A DNA stretch of 64,000 nt from Promethearchaeota archaeon (GCA_030599585.1 JAUVNS010000014.1:32001-96000), one strand, 5' to 3'; positions 40,457 to 50,711 are shown, counted from the first letter of the stretch. Program-made: numbers and translations. Notes: generated by a model not told the origin, from the sequence alone.

Positions 40457-41169
40457 TCCTCATCGAGATTTATAATTCCTTTAACTGCGAGTTGTTTAAT
40501 GGTTCGCACTGCCATAATAGGCGGGACAGAAAGAAGTTTCTTTAACTCGTTAAGGTTACAGCTTCCCTGAGCCATAATCGTTGCTAATATATCAACTTCT
40601 GATATTTCTTCTTCAGAGTTCTCTATTATAAACGATGTAAAGTAGTTATTCCTCTTCAAATGATTTAGTTTTAAGTCTAAATCCTTCATCTTTTCTTCAG
40701 AATATTCTGTTCTTAAATGCCTTTCACGGTTTTCATTATCGATCTTTTTTTGATCTAATAAATTGTTATCATTTTCCTTCGTAACAATTTTGTCGTTAAC
40801 AATTCTTAGTTTCGATTGAAGATCTTCAAGTTCTAACTTTGGTCCTTTGAGTTCGTCACTGATTTGTTCAATAGATTTTTGTAGTTCTGAAGTTTTTGCT
40901 TGTAGGCCATTTTTAGACGACTTTAATACTTCTATTTTTTTTGCTAGGTCATCCGATTTTGTGTTGAGTTCTGTTATCTCATTATTTTGGACTTCAATAG
41001 CCTCTTCTAGCTTTTTAACATCTTCAAGTTCAAGCTGCATCTTTTTCCAAGTTAAGCTCAAATTCTGAATAATGTTTTCGCTGTTTTTTTGAATTGCTTG
41101 TACGTATTCGTCGAAGTACTTCTCGAGCATTTCAATTGTTCCTAAAATGTCGTTTAAGTTCGAACTCAT
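40432..41169 (-). CDS. Long coiled-coil protein with C-terminal winged-helix-like domain (B)
   Basis: About 170 aa of heptad pattern, then ILATIMAQGSCNLNELKKLL..AVRTIKQLAVKGIINLD..NIIT. Confidence 0.75.
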   Translation of the reverse strand: MSSNLNDILGTIEMLEKYFDEYVQAIQKNSENIIQNLSLTWKKMQLELEDVKKLEEAIEVQNNEITELNTKSDDLAKKIEVLKSSKNGLQAKTSELQKSIEQISDELKGPKLELEDLQSKLRIVNDKIVTKENDNNLLDQKKIDNENRERHLRTEYSEEKMKDLDLKLNHLKRNNYFTSFIIENSEEEISEVDILATIMAQGSCNLNELKKLLSVPPIMAVRTIKQLAVKGIINLDEDTNIITMP

Positions 41170-41921
41170 AAGAAATCGACCTCCTCTTTTAAAGTGATTG
41201 TACCAGAAGATTGGTCGTATTCAATAGGAGCATCATCTTCAAGCATTTTAGTAATTATCTTGCGTGCTTGTTCTTCTTTCATATCAATGGCAACTAGAAT
41301 ATTTTTAAGATCTAAAGAACTTCCCACTTGTAAAGCTTTAATAAATTGGTAAAGAAGGGAATTTATATATTTTCTCTTTATCAAAGCCTTCATAGCAGCA
41401 ACTCTAAGTTCATAGGATTCAACGAATTTTTCTTTTTTAATGAAAGTTTCGTTAAGTTCTACTTCAAGATTTTTCAATTTTTCCTCAAATTTTTCAACTT
41501 CTTTATTTAATGTAAATAAGCGATCTTCAAGTTCTTTTAAACGAAGTTCCCGATTCTTTAATTCTTCTCTTTTAATGTTGATTGTTTCTTTAACTTCCTT
41601 GAATTCATTTCGACTTTCTTGAATTTTGGTTTCCAATTCTTGGCGATTTCGCACAAGTTCTACATTTTCTTCCTCGAACTTTACGATGTCTCGTTGACTC
41701 TGGGATATCTTGTTTTTAAAGGTGTTTATTTCTTCATAATTGGATTTTAATGCATTGATTAAGACATTTTTTCCATCTCCATATTTTTCTAGCTCTTCGA
41801 GTATCTTTTCAGGTTGTATTCGAAGTTTTGGGATGTAGTCGCTATTCAAACCACTTAAATTTACAATTATCGAAGCCATTTTCTTTAACGATGTTTTAGC
41901 ATCTACTAAGGATTCACTCAA
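41166..41921 (-). CDS. Long coiled-coil protein with C-terminal winged-helix-like domain (A)
   Basis: Heptad pattern, then FIKAL..LDLKNIL..ARKIITKML..IEYD..GTITL; ATGA overlap with gene B. Confidence 0.75.
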   Translation of the reverse strand: MSESLVDAKTSLKKMASIIVNLSGLNSDYIPKLRIQPEKILEELEKYGDGKNVLINALKSNYEEINTFKNKISQSQRDIVKFEEENVELVRNRQELETKIQESRNEFKEVKETINIKREELKNRELRLKELEDRLFTLNKEVEKFEEKLKNLEVELNETFIKKEKFVESYELRVAAMKALIKRKYINSLLYQFIKALQVGSSLDLKNILVAIDMKEEQARKIITKMLEDDAPIEYDQSSGTITLKEEVDFL

Positions 41922-42034
41922 GTTAAATTCACCATAATATTATATATACGTAATATATTACGCATTATTAAATGTGTATTTTTCAAAATAACGATACATT
42001 AGTGATTTTATTAGCCATAAAAAAATAAGATAGA

Positions 42035-42871
42035 TTACATATCTCTTGATATTTCTTTGAGAAAAAAATCTTTTTTTAAAACCATGTAAATGCCCCTTCG
42101 ATTCATAACCGTATTTAGATTCTCTATTAACTTTTCAGTAAAATACTTAAAATCAAAATAAGTCTCAGGATTAATACGATAATAGCTTTTCAAAAAGAGG
42201 TTAATAAGTTCAATTTTAACTAAAGGAACGGTTTTTTCAAAAATTCCAGGATTCGTATCAAGCAACGAACAGCATATCCAAGCTATATCATCTATGTGAT
42301 GTCCCTCATAAGAATCTTCAAAATCTAATCCAAATATTTTGTTATCTGAGGGATTATATATAAAATCCCTTAACCGGGTATCACCCTTATTTAACACTTT
42401 CAGATGCGAATGATCTTTATCCTCTTTTATATTATTTGTATGGAGCTTACTTAGCCAATTAGCTAATTGCTCTATACACATCACAAGTTCTTGCTTAGTA
42501 ATGATATCCAAGCTGTCAAAATCAGCAACTTCCAATAATTTATCGTTAATGAAGTCGCATAAATTAATTCCTTCTATTTTTTCAAGTATCAGAAACGGTT
42601 TTTTATAAAATAAAATCTTAGGAACTAGAATTTCTTGTTCATAAAGTTGCTTTAGTGTATCATTCTCATTATCAGCATTGTCATTCGTGAAGACTTTAAT
42701 TACTACTTCTTTTGGTAGAGACTCTGTTTTCCTATTGAAAGTTAGATGTACAACTGTATTTTTTTTACTCTGGAATTGAGTTAATATGAAATGGTTAAAT
42801 TTATCGACTAACTCTGGAAAGTCTTCCCTGAGATGAATTATTAAATCTTGCCGTATTTTTAAAAGCTCCAT
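42035..42871 (-). CDS. Atypical kinase (APH/RIO/Bud32-like fold)
   Basis: VVIKVF, LILEKIEG, KGDTRLRDF catalytic loop, GLDFED. Confidence 0.75.
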   Translation of the reverse strand: MELLKIRQDLIIHLREDFPELVDKFNHFILTQFQSKKNTVVHLTFNRKTESLPKEVVIKVFTNDNADNENDTLKQLYEQEILVPKILFYKKPFLILEKIEGINLCDFINDKLLEVADFDSLDIITKQELVMCIEQLANWLSKLHTNNIKEDKDHSHLKVLNKGDTRLRDFIYNPSDNKIFGLDFEDSYEGHHIDDIAWICCSLLDTNPGIFEKTVPLVKIELINLFLKSYYRINPETYFDFKYFTEKLIENLNTVMNRRGIYMVLKKDFFLKEISRDM

Positions 42872-43083
42872 CTTTAACTGTTAGGATATGCAATGAGTAT
42901 ACAATAATGCTTAATGGAAATCTGTAAATTAAGTTATAAATAGTAAATATAAAAGATAAATTTCTCTATTTCCAGACTCAAAAATCTAAATCGTAGGTGT
43001 GAAGATGTTCGGGGTAATGATTATATGGTTTTTATAATTTATCAGAGATATAAATAAAAAAAATACATTTTATAGATACTATA

Positions 43084-43971
43084 ATGAGCTCTCAACAAAA
43101 ACAATACAAACTTGGAGTCTTTTATGGTACTGAAGCAGACACAAAAATGCTCGCTGAAAAATTTGTGGGTAATCTGATAAACGACGATGAATTTTGTAAG
43201 GCGTGTGAATTACTCGAAAAAGATGTCAAATGCGATAAATGCCGAGAACATTTAGGCAACTTTTCTAGTTCGATCTACTTTTACGATATGATAGGAGAAA
43301 ATGTGCCCGATTTTATCGAAGACCCTGAAGATTATTTACCGAAAAACTTGCCTCAAGTAGATTTTTTGTTAGTGGTTGGGATTCACCAAGATTTACTCTC
43401 CGGTTTTCCAGAATACTTGAAGGATAAGAATATTAAAGCGATAATTGTTCCGATTGAAAACCCAAAGTGGGTCCAACCGGGATTGCAGGTGCAGGTGTTA
43501 GAAGAATTTGAAAAATTTGGAATACAAGCTGCGTTTCCAAAACCCTTTTGCGCATTAAGCAAAGAATTAAACGAGTACAATAAAGTAGGGTTTAACATCA
43601 CGAAAGAAAGGAACAATATAATAGAATTTATTGAACACTATAAAATAGGAGAACCGATTGTATCGTTCTTACTATCCGATGACGGTAAATCAATTCAAGA
43701 CACGTGCGTTCTTCAATGTGCGCCGTGTGGATCGACATATTATATACTACAACAACTTCAAGCTAAATACATTGAAGATGAAGAGATAAGTTTAAACGAA
43801 AGAATTAGTAAAGCTCATCATTCTTATCCTTGTAATGCTTCAATGGATCAAGATTCAATACTGAAAGACTCTTGTCTTCATGTCGGAGGGTATTTGGTAA
43901 GAAACGCTGTTAGGAGAGAATTAGATCTTGAAGAACAAGAAGGCCAAAAATTAGTTTATATTGTTAAATAA
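43084..43971 (+). CDS. DUF166-like protein
   Basis: PKPFCAL, CAPCGST, HHSYPCNAS; N-terminal CxxC...CxxC. Confidence 0.7.
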   Translation: MSSQQKQYKLGVFYGTEADTKMLAEKFVGNLINDDEFCKACELLEKDVKCDKCREHLGNFSSSIYFYDMIGENVPDFIEDPEDYLPKNLPQVDFLLVVGIHQDLLSGFPEYLKDKNIKAIIVPIENPKWVQPGLQVQVLEEFEKFGIQAAFPKPFCALSKELNEYNKVGFNITKERNNIIEFIEHYKIGEPIVSFLLSDDGKSIQDTCVLQCAPCGSTYYILQQLQAKYIEDEEISLNERISKAHHSYPCNASMDQDSILKDSCLHVGGYLVRNAVRRELDLEEQEGQKLVYIVK

Positions 43972-44188
43972 TCTAATTTAGCTTAGAAATTAAAAATAAG
44001 GTTCTAATTTATATTTAATAATAAGATTAAGAGCTTGAATTTAAACTCTGATCATTATACGATAAACAAAATTCTTACGATTCGTATAGGAATAATAGGT
44101 AAAACACTCAATTTAGCACTTTTAATTGATATTAGTCTCTTTTTATTATATAATATAAAGCTTTTTAGATACATCGCTTTTACATTAC

Positions 44189-46351
44189 TTGGTGATTGAT
44201 ATCGTTACTCAGTGTACAAATACCCTATGTTTAGACGAAGAAATAGAGGAAGAAGAAGAATCATTTTTCGAGGAAAAATTTTGGTTTTTCATTATACCTT
44301 CCGTGATATTACTTGGAATTTCAATGTTTTTAGAGTTTTTTACTGATGCAGTATTATTAAGCCAAATCTTAGCAATAGCGTCAGTGTTACTTTCGTGTTA
44401 TGGAATCGTAACGGAAGCTATAGAAGATGTTTTAGCTAAGAGAATAACTGCGAATATTCTAATGTTAGTTGCTGGTGTCGCCTCTTTTTTTATTTTACAC
44501 GGTCAGGAAGGAGCCATGGCAATATTGTTATATGCAATTGCAGAATATTTAGAAGAAGTAACTACAGATAAATCAAAAAATGCTATTAAGGAACTACTTG
44601 AGTTAGCTCCTGACGAAGCTTTACTAAAATCTAACGGAGAGTATCGGTTGGTTCCAACCAAAGAAATTAAGGTTGGTGACATCGTTGGAATTAGACCTGC
44701 GATGAAAGCCCCTATCGACGGGAAGATAATAAAAGGCGAATCGTACTTCAACGAAAGCGCAATTACTGGGGAATCTCTTCCTGTTTTTAAGAATGTCGGT
44801 GATGAAATATACGCAGCAAGCATCAATAGCGATAGTTTCGTTGATATAGAGGTTATCAGAGAAAGTTCAAACACGGTAGTCGCAAAAATTGCTCAAAGTA
44901 TTAAACAAGCTCAACAAAATAAAAGTGATAACGAACGATTTATAGAAAAATTTGCAAGGTATTATACCCCAATTATATTAATTAGCTCGCTTCTCGTTAT
45001 GTTTATACCAACTTTATTGTTTGGTTTAGATTTTAATCAATGGTTCTATCGAGGATTAATTCTATTAGTCGTATCTTGTCCGTGTGCTCTCACATTATCT
45101 ACTCCTCTAGCGAATATAGCCGCTCTTACGAAGTTAGCAAAAGAAGGTATTCTTGTCAAAGGTAATAAGTTTATTGAAAAAGCTAAAAGTATCGAAATAA
45201 TCGCTTTTGATAAAACTGGGACCCTCACCGAGGGTAATCTAAAAGTCTTTGAAATATTAGAGTATGCTTTAGATAAAGAGGAGATTTTAAAAATAGCTGC
45301 CAGTTTAGAAGTACTCTCAGAGCATCCTATTGGAAAGGCCATAGTATCCCAAGCAAAGCAAATGAATTTATCTTTATATCCGGTAGAATCATTTAAGATT
45401 GTAAAAGGAAAAGGTATCAAGGGAGAAATTCAAGGAAAAGTGTATTATGTTGGTAGTAAGAAATTTTTTGAAGACCTAAAATTTAACTTCCCAGAAGAAA
45501 CATTAAACGAAGTTGAATCGTCTGGAACAATTCCGATATTACTCGGTCAGAATTTAACCATCTTAGGAGCTATCACCATTAGAGATGTCTTAAGAGTATC
45601 TGCTCCCCTCTTAGTAGACGGGTTAAAAAAAAGGGGTTTTAAGTCAGCGATGATTTCTGGGGATAATCAGCAAGTATGCAATACAATCGGGGCTTGCTTA
45701 GATATTGATTCTACTTATGGTGAACTGCTACCTGATCAAAAATTAGAGGAAATTAAAAGTTTAAAGAAAAAGTATAAAGGAGTTGCCATGGTAGGAGATG
45801 GAATAAATGACGCTCCAGCTCTTGCCTTATCGGATCTTGGAATTGCAATAGGTGCTTCAGCAACAGATTTAACTCTCGAAACTGCAGATATAATCATTAT
45901 GAGCGATGATTTGAAGAAAATACTGACTTTTTTTGATATTGCAAAGAAGACCAATAGAATCATAAGGCAGAACATTTGGACCTCAATTATTGTCAAAGTA
46001 ACTTTTGCGATTTTAACTGTTGTTGGCTTAATGACTCTGTGGCTTGCTGTTGGAATAGGCGATATGGGTGTTTCTCTACTAGTCTTAATAAATGGAATGA
46101 CAATATTTAGATACAGAACGAAATTTAAAGATTCTTCATTAGAAATTCTAGAAAGTGATGCAAAATTGATTATCTGTCAATTATGTGAAACTAAGAATAT
46201 TATTCCCCAACATCACGGGCGAGATATGATAGAAAAAGAAGGAAAATTAATATGTTGGAGAAACTTAATCAAAAGTGATGAGTTAGAACCGTGTGAAGAA
46301 GAATTGCCTTTATTCTGTCCAAAATGCGAAAACGAACTGGAAGTTCATTAA
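44189..46351 (+). CDS. Heavy-metal P1B-type ATPase (Zn/Cd-type) with C-terminal Cys/His domain
   Basis: TGES, SCPC, DKTGT, SEHP, GDGINDAP, DMG...NG. Confidence 0.92.
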   Translation: MVIDIVTQCTNTLCLDEEIEEEEESFFEEKFWFFIIPSVILLGISMFLEFFTDAVLLSQILAIASVLLSCYGIVTEAIEDVLAKRITANILMLVAGVASFFILHGQEGAMAILLYAIAEYLEEVTTDKSKNAIKELLELAPDEALLKSNGEYRLVPTKEIKVGDIVGIRPAMKAPIDGKIIKGESYFNESAITGESLPVFKNVGDEIYAASINSDSFVDIEVIRESSNTVVAKIAQSIKQAQQNKSDNERFIEKFARYYTPIILISSLLVMFIPTLLFGLDFNQWFYRGLILLVVSCPCALTLSTPLANIAALTKLAKEGILVKGNKFIEKAKSIEIIAFDKTGTLTEGNLKVFEILEYALDKEEILKIAASLEVLSEHPIGKAIVSQAKQMNLSLYPVESFKIVKGKGIKGEIQGKVYYVGSKKFFEDLKFNFPEETLNEVESSGTIPILLGQNLTILGAITIRDVLRVSAPLLVDGLKKRGFKSAMISGDNQQVCNTIGACLDIDSTYGELLPDQKLEEIKSLKKKYKGVAMVGDGINDAPALALSDLGIAIGASATDLTLETADIIIMSDDLKKILTFFDIAKKTNRIIRQNIWTSIIVKVTFAILTVVGLMTLWLAVGIGDMGVSLLVLINGMTIFRYRTKFKDSSLEILESDAKLIICQLCETKNIIPQHHGRDMIEKEGKLICWRNLIKSDELEPCEEELPLFCPKCENELEVH

Positions 46352-46403
46352 TATAATAAAAATTGATCTAATATTTAAATAAATAGGGTACATTGAAAAA
46401 TTG

Positions 46404-46571
46404 TTAGGGTAGTGGCCAAGGATTGTAAGGACGCCAGAGTTTTCTTTCATATTTTTCTTGTTCTTGTGGTTCTGGATTACTTTTTTTTATTAATTTCTCT
46501 TTTATTTTTTTCCTATAAGATTTTTTACTACAAGAGATTGATGGAGCCGACTTTTTTATAATTATTATCAA
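46404..46571 (-). CDS. Putative basic microprotein (55 aa), not in ORF track
   Basis: TTG 46571 after GGTG; (M)IIIIKKSAPSISCSKKSYRKKIKEKLIKKSNPEPQEQEKYERKLWRPYNPWPLP*. Confidence 0.4.
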   Translation of the reverse strand: MIIIIKKSAPSISCSKKSYRKKIKEKLIKKSNPEPQEQEKYERKLWRPYNPWPLP

Positions 46572-46677
46572 ACACCGTATTTTTTTAAGCCAATGAAATA
46601 AGAATTATATTGCGAAATAAAAATATTAAGTCTCAAGCAATTTTCTATTATTTAAGACATCATAATAGAGCTTTAAA

Positions 46678-46762
46678 TGCGGAAAGGGGGATTCGAACCC
46701 CCGTACTCCTACGAGACTGGATTCTGAGTCCAGCACCTTTGACCAGACTTGGCGATTCCCGC
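46678..46762 (-). tRNA. tRNA-Leu(CAG), no intron, CCA not encoded
   Basis: GCGGGAA/TTTCCGC acceptor stem with A73; anticodon stem CTGGA/TCCAG with loop CTCAGAA; long variable arm; GGGGGTTCGAATCCCCC T arm. Confidence 0.95.
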
Positions 46763-46936
46763 ACTCAAACAATGATAAAATCTTATAAGTATACTTAAAA
46801 TTAAAGATTAAAAAATATAATTGTATGAAATTTTTATATCTTGTGAACTTTTTACCTTCCTTTAGCCTATTATTGCTATTTTAAATTGCGAAAAATCCTA
46901 AGGTTCATATATAATTTTATTGAGAGATTAAATCAG

Positions 46937-48892
46937 CTATACTACTCGTTCAATAAACACTTCATTAACTAAATGATCAAGAGAAGGCACATCAGTTTCT
47001 TGAATAAATCTATGGGCTTTATGATAGTTGTGAATTATTTCCCAAATTTTTTTATCGTTTTGGAGGGTATCGATGAATCGTTTCATTCTCTGTTGTGCTA
47101 AATAGGATTGTCCTTTAAATAAGTAACAGATGATAAATGGAGAAACAGAATTCATTAGAATGGTATATTCTCCAAAAATAGCTCGATCTAATCCTTGAGA
47201 GAACATCTCACCACTAAAAGAGTTAATAGCCGAGAGGAAACCGCCAAATAAATGGTCCTGGAATGCCCATCCTTCTGCAAAAGATTGAGAGAAGATAGGG
47301 GTTCCCCCAGCAGATATAATTAGAATTACGACAGATTCCTCGTCTTTTATCTCTTTTGGTTCAGTTACACGTTTTCGAAGCATATTATCCATTTGTTCGT
47401 TTAACCGAGCAAATTCCATACGTTCTTTTAATGATGAAGTTGATTCTTTTAAATTCTCCCACATATGTAATTGTTTAAGAAGTTCATCATGTTCGTTAGA
47501 AATTTTGATAGCTAACAAATTAAGTCCATATCTTTCAGCAATCCGCTGGCCTTTGGTCAATAATCGTCGAGTCTTTTTCAAATTCAACGATAATAAAGCC
47601 AATTTGGCTTGTAAAAGGTAAGTTTCTCCCATAATCCAGTACGAACGTGATTTTTCAACAGTTTCTAACAGTTGTGTGATAAGAGATTCTAATTCGTCTA
47701 TTACTTCTACTTCATTAGTCATCTGAAATTCAATTATGAGTAGTTCACATAAAGTAAGTAGAGCTCTTTCCTTAAGTTCCCATAAAATATCTTCGTCTTC
47801 AAGGATTTGTTTTAAAATTTCTTCAGCTTTACCCCTATTACTGATTCGCGGGCTCTCTTTTAATATTAAAGCCCTATTATAAAGACACGCCAAATTAATA
47901 GTTTTATCTTTCAATTGGTTATTCAATTGTTCTAGGTGGTTAAAATATTGCTGTGCTTGCTCAAGATCGCCCTTTTCAATTAAAATTTGAATTAAAAAAT
48001 CGTGAATCATAGCTATACTCTTTAAAGAACCAATTTTAGATATAAGTGCCAAACTTTGTTCTGAACACTCTAAAGCACGATCTAAATCTCCAATCATTCT
48101 ATAAGCATCAGCCATATTATTAAGATTCGAAGAAATAAGTATATTATGGTTTAGTTCTTTAGCTATTGCCAAGCTTTGTTCAAAAAGGGGTATACTTCGA
48201 GTAACCTCCCCTTTAGTATGATAGAAACTCGCTTTTCGAAGAAAACCATATGAAATAAAGACTTTATAATTAGCTTCTTTAGCAAAAGCTAAAGTTCTCT
48301 CAACATATTCTAGAGCATTATCAATTTCGCCTTTCTGCGTACCTAAACCCCAAGCAATGCTGAGAAGACTAGAACCAATTAATAGTTCATCACCAAGAGA
48401 TTCTCCCAATGCTAGACTATGGTTGTAATACTTTAATGCTAAATCTATATCGCCTTTAGGAGTAAAAAGAGGATCTGAAGTCTTACCTTTTAGAAAACTT
48501 ATGTAGGCTACTCTTCGATTCTTGTTAATAACTAACTCTTCTGTTAGAGTTGCTAGCAATTCTTCTCCTTGTTTAATTATCTTAATTACTGGTTTTACAT
48601 TAAAACTATTAATTAAACCTCTAGCCATAAAAATTAAAGCATCAACAGACAAGATACTTTTCTCTAAACCTAAACTCTCTTTATATGTTTGTTCGGCAAA
48701 TTTAACAAGTTTTTTAGATAAACCTTGGTGTAAAAAGAGATTACACTTAATAAGATGACAGGATACGATATCATGCAGCGAGTTGTTTCTCCTTTCTTCG
48801 AAATCCTTTAATAATTGAAGAGATTCTTCAAATTTCCCTTCTATAATAAATTGCCTTGCTTGAGCTAATTCTTTATAGTCTGAATGAGACAT
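46937..48892 (-). CDS. TPR-repeat protein with C-terminal longin-like domain
   Basis: Repeated TPR helices (A.....G....A..Y..SL), then VILIISAGGTPIFSQSF..LFGGFLSAINSFSGEMF..LDRAIFGEYTILM..FIICYLF. Confidence 0.8.
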   Translation of the reverse strand: MSHSDYKELAQARQFIIEGKFEESLQLLKDFEERRNNSLHDIVSCHLIKCNLFLHQGLSKKLVKFAEQTYKESLGLEKSILSVDALIFMARGLINSFNVKPVIKIIKQGEELLATLTEELVINKNRRVAYISFLKGKTSDPLFTPKGDIDLALKYYNHSLALGESLGDELLIGSSLLSIAWGLGTQKGEIDNALEYVERTLAFAKEANYKVFISYGFLRKASFYHTKGEVTRSIPLFEQSLAIAKELNHNILISSNLNNMADAYRMIGDLDRALECSEQSLALISKIGSLKSIAMIHDFLIQILIEKGDLEQAQQYFNHLEQLNNQLKDKTINLACLYNRALILKESPRISNRGKAEEILKQILEDEDILWELKERALLTLCELLIIEFQMTNEVEVIDELESLITQLLETVEKSRSYWIMGETYLLQAKLALLSLNLKKTRRLLTKGQRIAERYGLNLLAIKISNEHDELLKQLHMWENLKESTSSLKERMEFARLNEQMDNMLRKRVTEPKEIKDEESVVILIISAGGTPIFSQSFAEGWAFQDHLFGGFLSAINSFSGEMFSQGLDRAIFGEYTILMNSVSPFIICYLFKGQSYLAQQRMKRFIDTLQNDKKIWEIIHNYHKAHRFIQETDVPSLDHLVNEVFIERVV

Positions 48893-49058
48893 ATAACCAC
48901 TTTTACTTAATATGTTTGAAAGATTTGGATTAATCCTTTAAAAATACAATTAATATATTAAGTAATTAAGGCAATTACAATTTTAAATATAATTTATTTT
49001 GTTTACTTCAGTTATTTATCATATTTTCAGAAATTATAAATTGTAAGATTTAGCGATT

Positions 49059-49853
49059 ATGCCGAAAGTTAAAGTAAATACCATGAATATTTATTATGAG
49101 ATTTATGGTACAGGTCCTCCTTTATTGATGATCCTTGGTTTAGGAGCTAATATCACATGGTGGGGAAATTATTTTATAAAAGGATTAGCAGATTATTTCA
49201 AAGTGATTATGTTTGATAATAGAGGAACGGGGCAATCTAGCAATCCTAAATCGCAATATACCGTCAGAACATTAGCAGATGATGCATATGGATTATTAAA
49301 AGCTTTAAACATTGAAAAACCTTTTATTTTTGGGCATTCAATGGGAGGAGGTATTGCTCAGGAATTAATACTTCAGTATAATGGAATGTCTAGACTGATT
49401 TTATGTAGTTCTTCTTGCGGGGGATCCAAATCTATTTTAGCGTCTCCTGAAGTTTTACAAATAATTAATAAAGAGAGATCGGGGAGAGTTCCATTTGAAA
49501 TTGCCAAGGAAAGCCTAAATTTATTTTATTCACCTGAATTTATGAAAAATAACCCTAAGATCATTGATTACGCTGTTCAGAACATGGCGAAAAGTCAAAT
49601 GCTTCCAAAAAATTACGAATGGCAAAGGGACGCAATTAGATCGTTTAAGACCTGCGACAGATTAAAAAATATGAAAATTCCAACTTTAATCATGCACGGT
49701 GCGAAAGATATTTTGGTCCCCCCACAAAACGCCGAAATTCTTGCTGACTTAATTTCTAACGCCCATATAAAGATGTTTGCTGAAAGTGCTCATGCTCCTT
49801 ATGTGGAAGAACCGGATGCAGTTATTCACGAAATAGTCGAATTCCTCCAATAA
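49059..49853 (+). CDS. Alpha/beta hydrolase
   Basis: DNRGTGQS, GHSMGG, HGAKD, SAH. Confidence 0.9.
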   Translation: MPKVKVNTMNIYYEIYGTGPPLLMILGLGANITWWGNYFIKGLADYFKVIMFDNRGTGQSSNPKSQYTVRTLADDAYGLLKALNIEKPFIFGHSMGGGIAQELILQYNGMSRLILCSSSCGGSKSILASPEVLQIINKERSGRVPFEIAKESLNLFYSPEFMKNNPKIIDYAVQNMAKSQMLPKNYEWQRDAIRSFKTCDRLKNMKIPTLIMHGAKDILVPPQNAEILADLISNAHIKMFAESAHAPYVEEPDAVIHEIVEFLQ

Positions 49854-49956
49854 TATCTCTATTAAATAGTATACTACTAATTTTTATACAAGAAATAATA
49901 ATATTATATTAAGCTTAATTTGATGTAAATTAAAAAAGCGTTTTCAAGGTAGAAAA

Positions 49957-50709
49957 ATGTCAAATGACAAAGAAAAAGAAAAAGACAAAGAAAAAGACAA
50001 AGAGGAAATTCCTCGAAGAAAGGTTCAGACAATTACCGTTTATCAATTTAATGATGAAATAGGAGATTTTGAAGAACTTATCTTGGATCCTGATATTAAG
50101 CTTAAAGATTTATTGGATGATGATTTTATCCTCATGTTTGTTGATCCCAAGCATTTCAGAGTTTGGTTGTGGCATGGATTTAACACGACAACTCGAATGA
50201 AATTTATAGCAGCTAAAATGTCTCCACCCATTAGAGATAATCATGGATTCGCCTTTAAAATTACCGCTGTCGACCAAGATAACGAAACACATGGCTTCTT
50301 AGTTATGATAGGGTTAGAAGAAGAAATAGATTACGATCAAGTCCAAACTGGACCCGAATATGAAGGTACAGAAGAAGATCTTGAATTTCTGAAAACCATG
50401 TCTCGAGAAAAGATACTTTTACGCCTCGAAAAAGTCGGAGTTCCGGAAGGATTCGAACGAAAAATTGTTATCGTTAAAAATCAAATCTATGGATATCGGG
50501 AATACGATCGAAATTACTTAGGCTCAGTAATTAAAGAAAGGCAACTCTTCCCTCTAAAAGAAGAGATTGAGGACGGAACTTATTTGGCTGATAATTATAT
50601 ACCTAGGATGCATTTTTCGTTCAACAATGTAGTCTTAACAGAGTTATTAGAACCATTAGAAATAGATGATAGTATAAAAAAGAAATCATTGAAAGATTTA
50701 GAGGCTTGA
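49957..50709 (+). CDS. Single gelsolin-like domain protein with C-terminal extra domain
   Basis: LLDDDFILMFVD..RVWLWHG.NTT.RMKFIAAK...ITAVDQDNET.GF matches the gelsolin repeat pattern. Confidence 0.75.
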   Translation: MSNDKEKEKDKEKDKEEIPRRKVQTITVYQFNDEIGDFEELILDPDIKLKDLLDDDFILMFVDPKHFRVWLWHGFNTTTRMKFIAAKMSPPIRDNHGFAFKITAVDQDNETHGFLVMIGLEEEIDYDQVQTGPEYEGTEEDLEFLKTMSREKILLRLEKVGVPEGFERKIVIVKNQIYGYREYDRNYLGSVIKERQLFPLKEEIEDGTYLADNYIPRMHFSFNNVVLTELLEPLEIDDSIKKKSLKDLEA

Positions 50710-50711
50710 AA

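Noticed and set aside
46405-46480. Plus-strand GTGGCCAAG..GTAAGG..CCAGA..TCTGG resembling a tRNA 5' half
   Set aside because: No T arm, acceptor pairing or bulge-helix-bulge; better explained by the minus-strand small ORF
46610-46798. 62-aa ORF, and a selenocysteine (TCA) reading of the tRNA
   Set aside because: The ORF is antisense to the tRNA; loop register gives CAG, with a 7-bp acceptor stem and A73 typical of Leu
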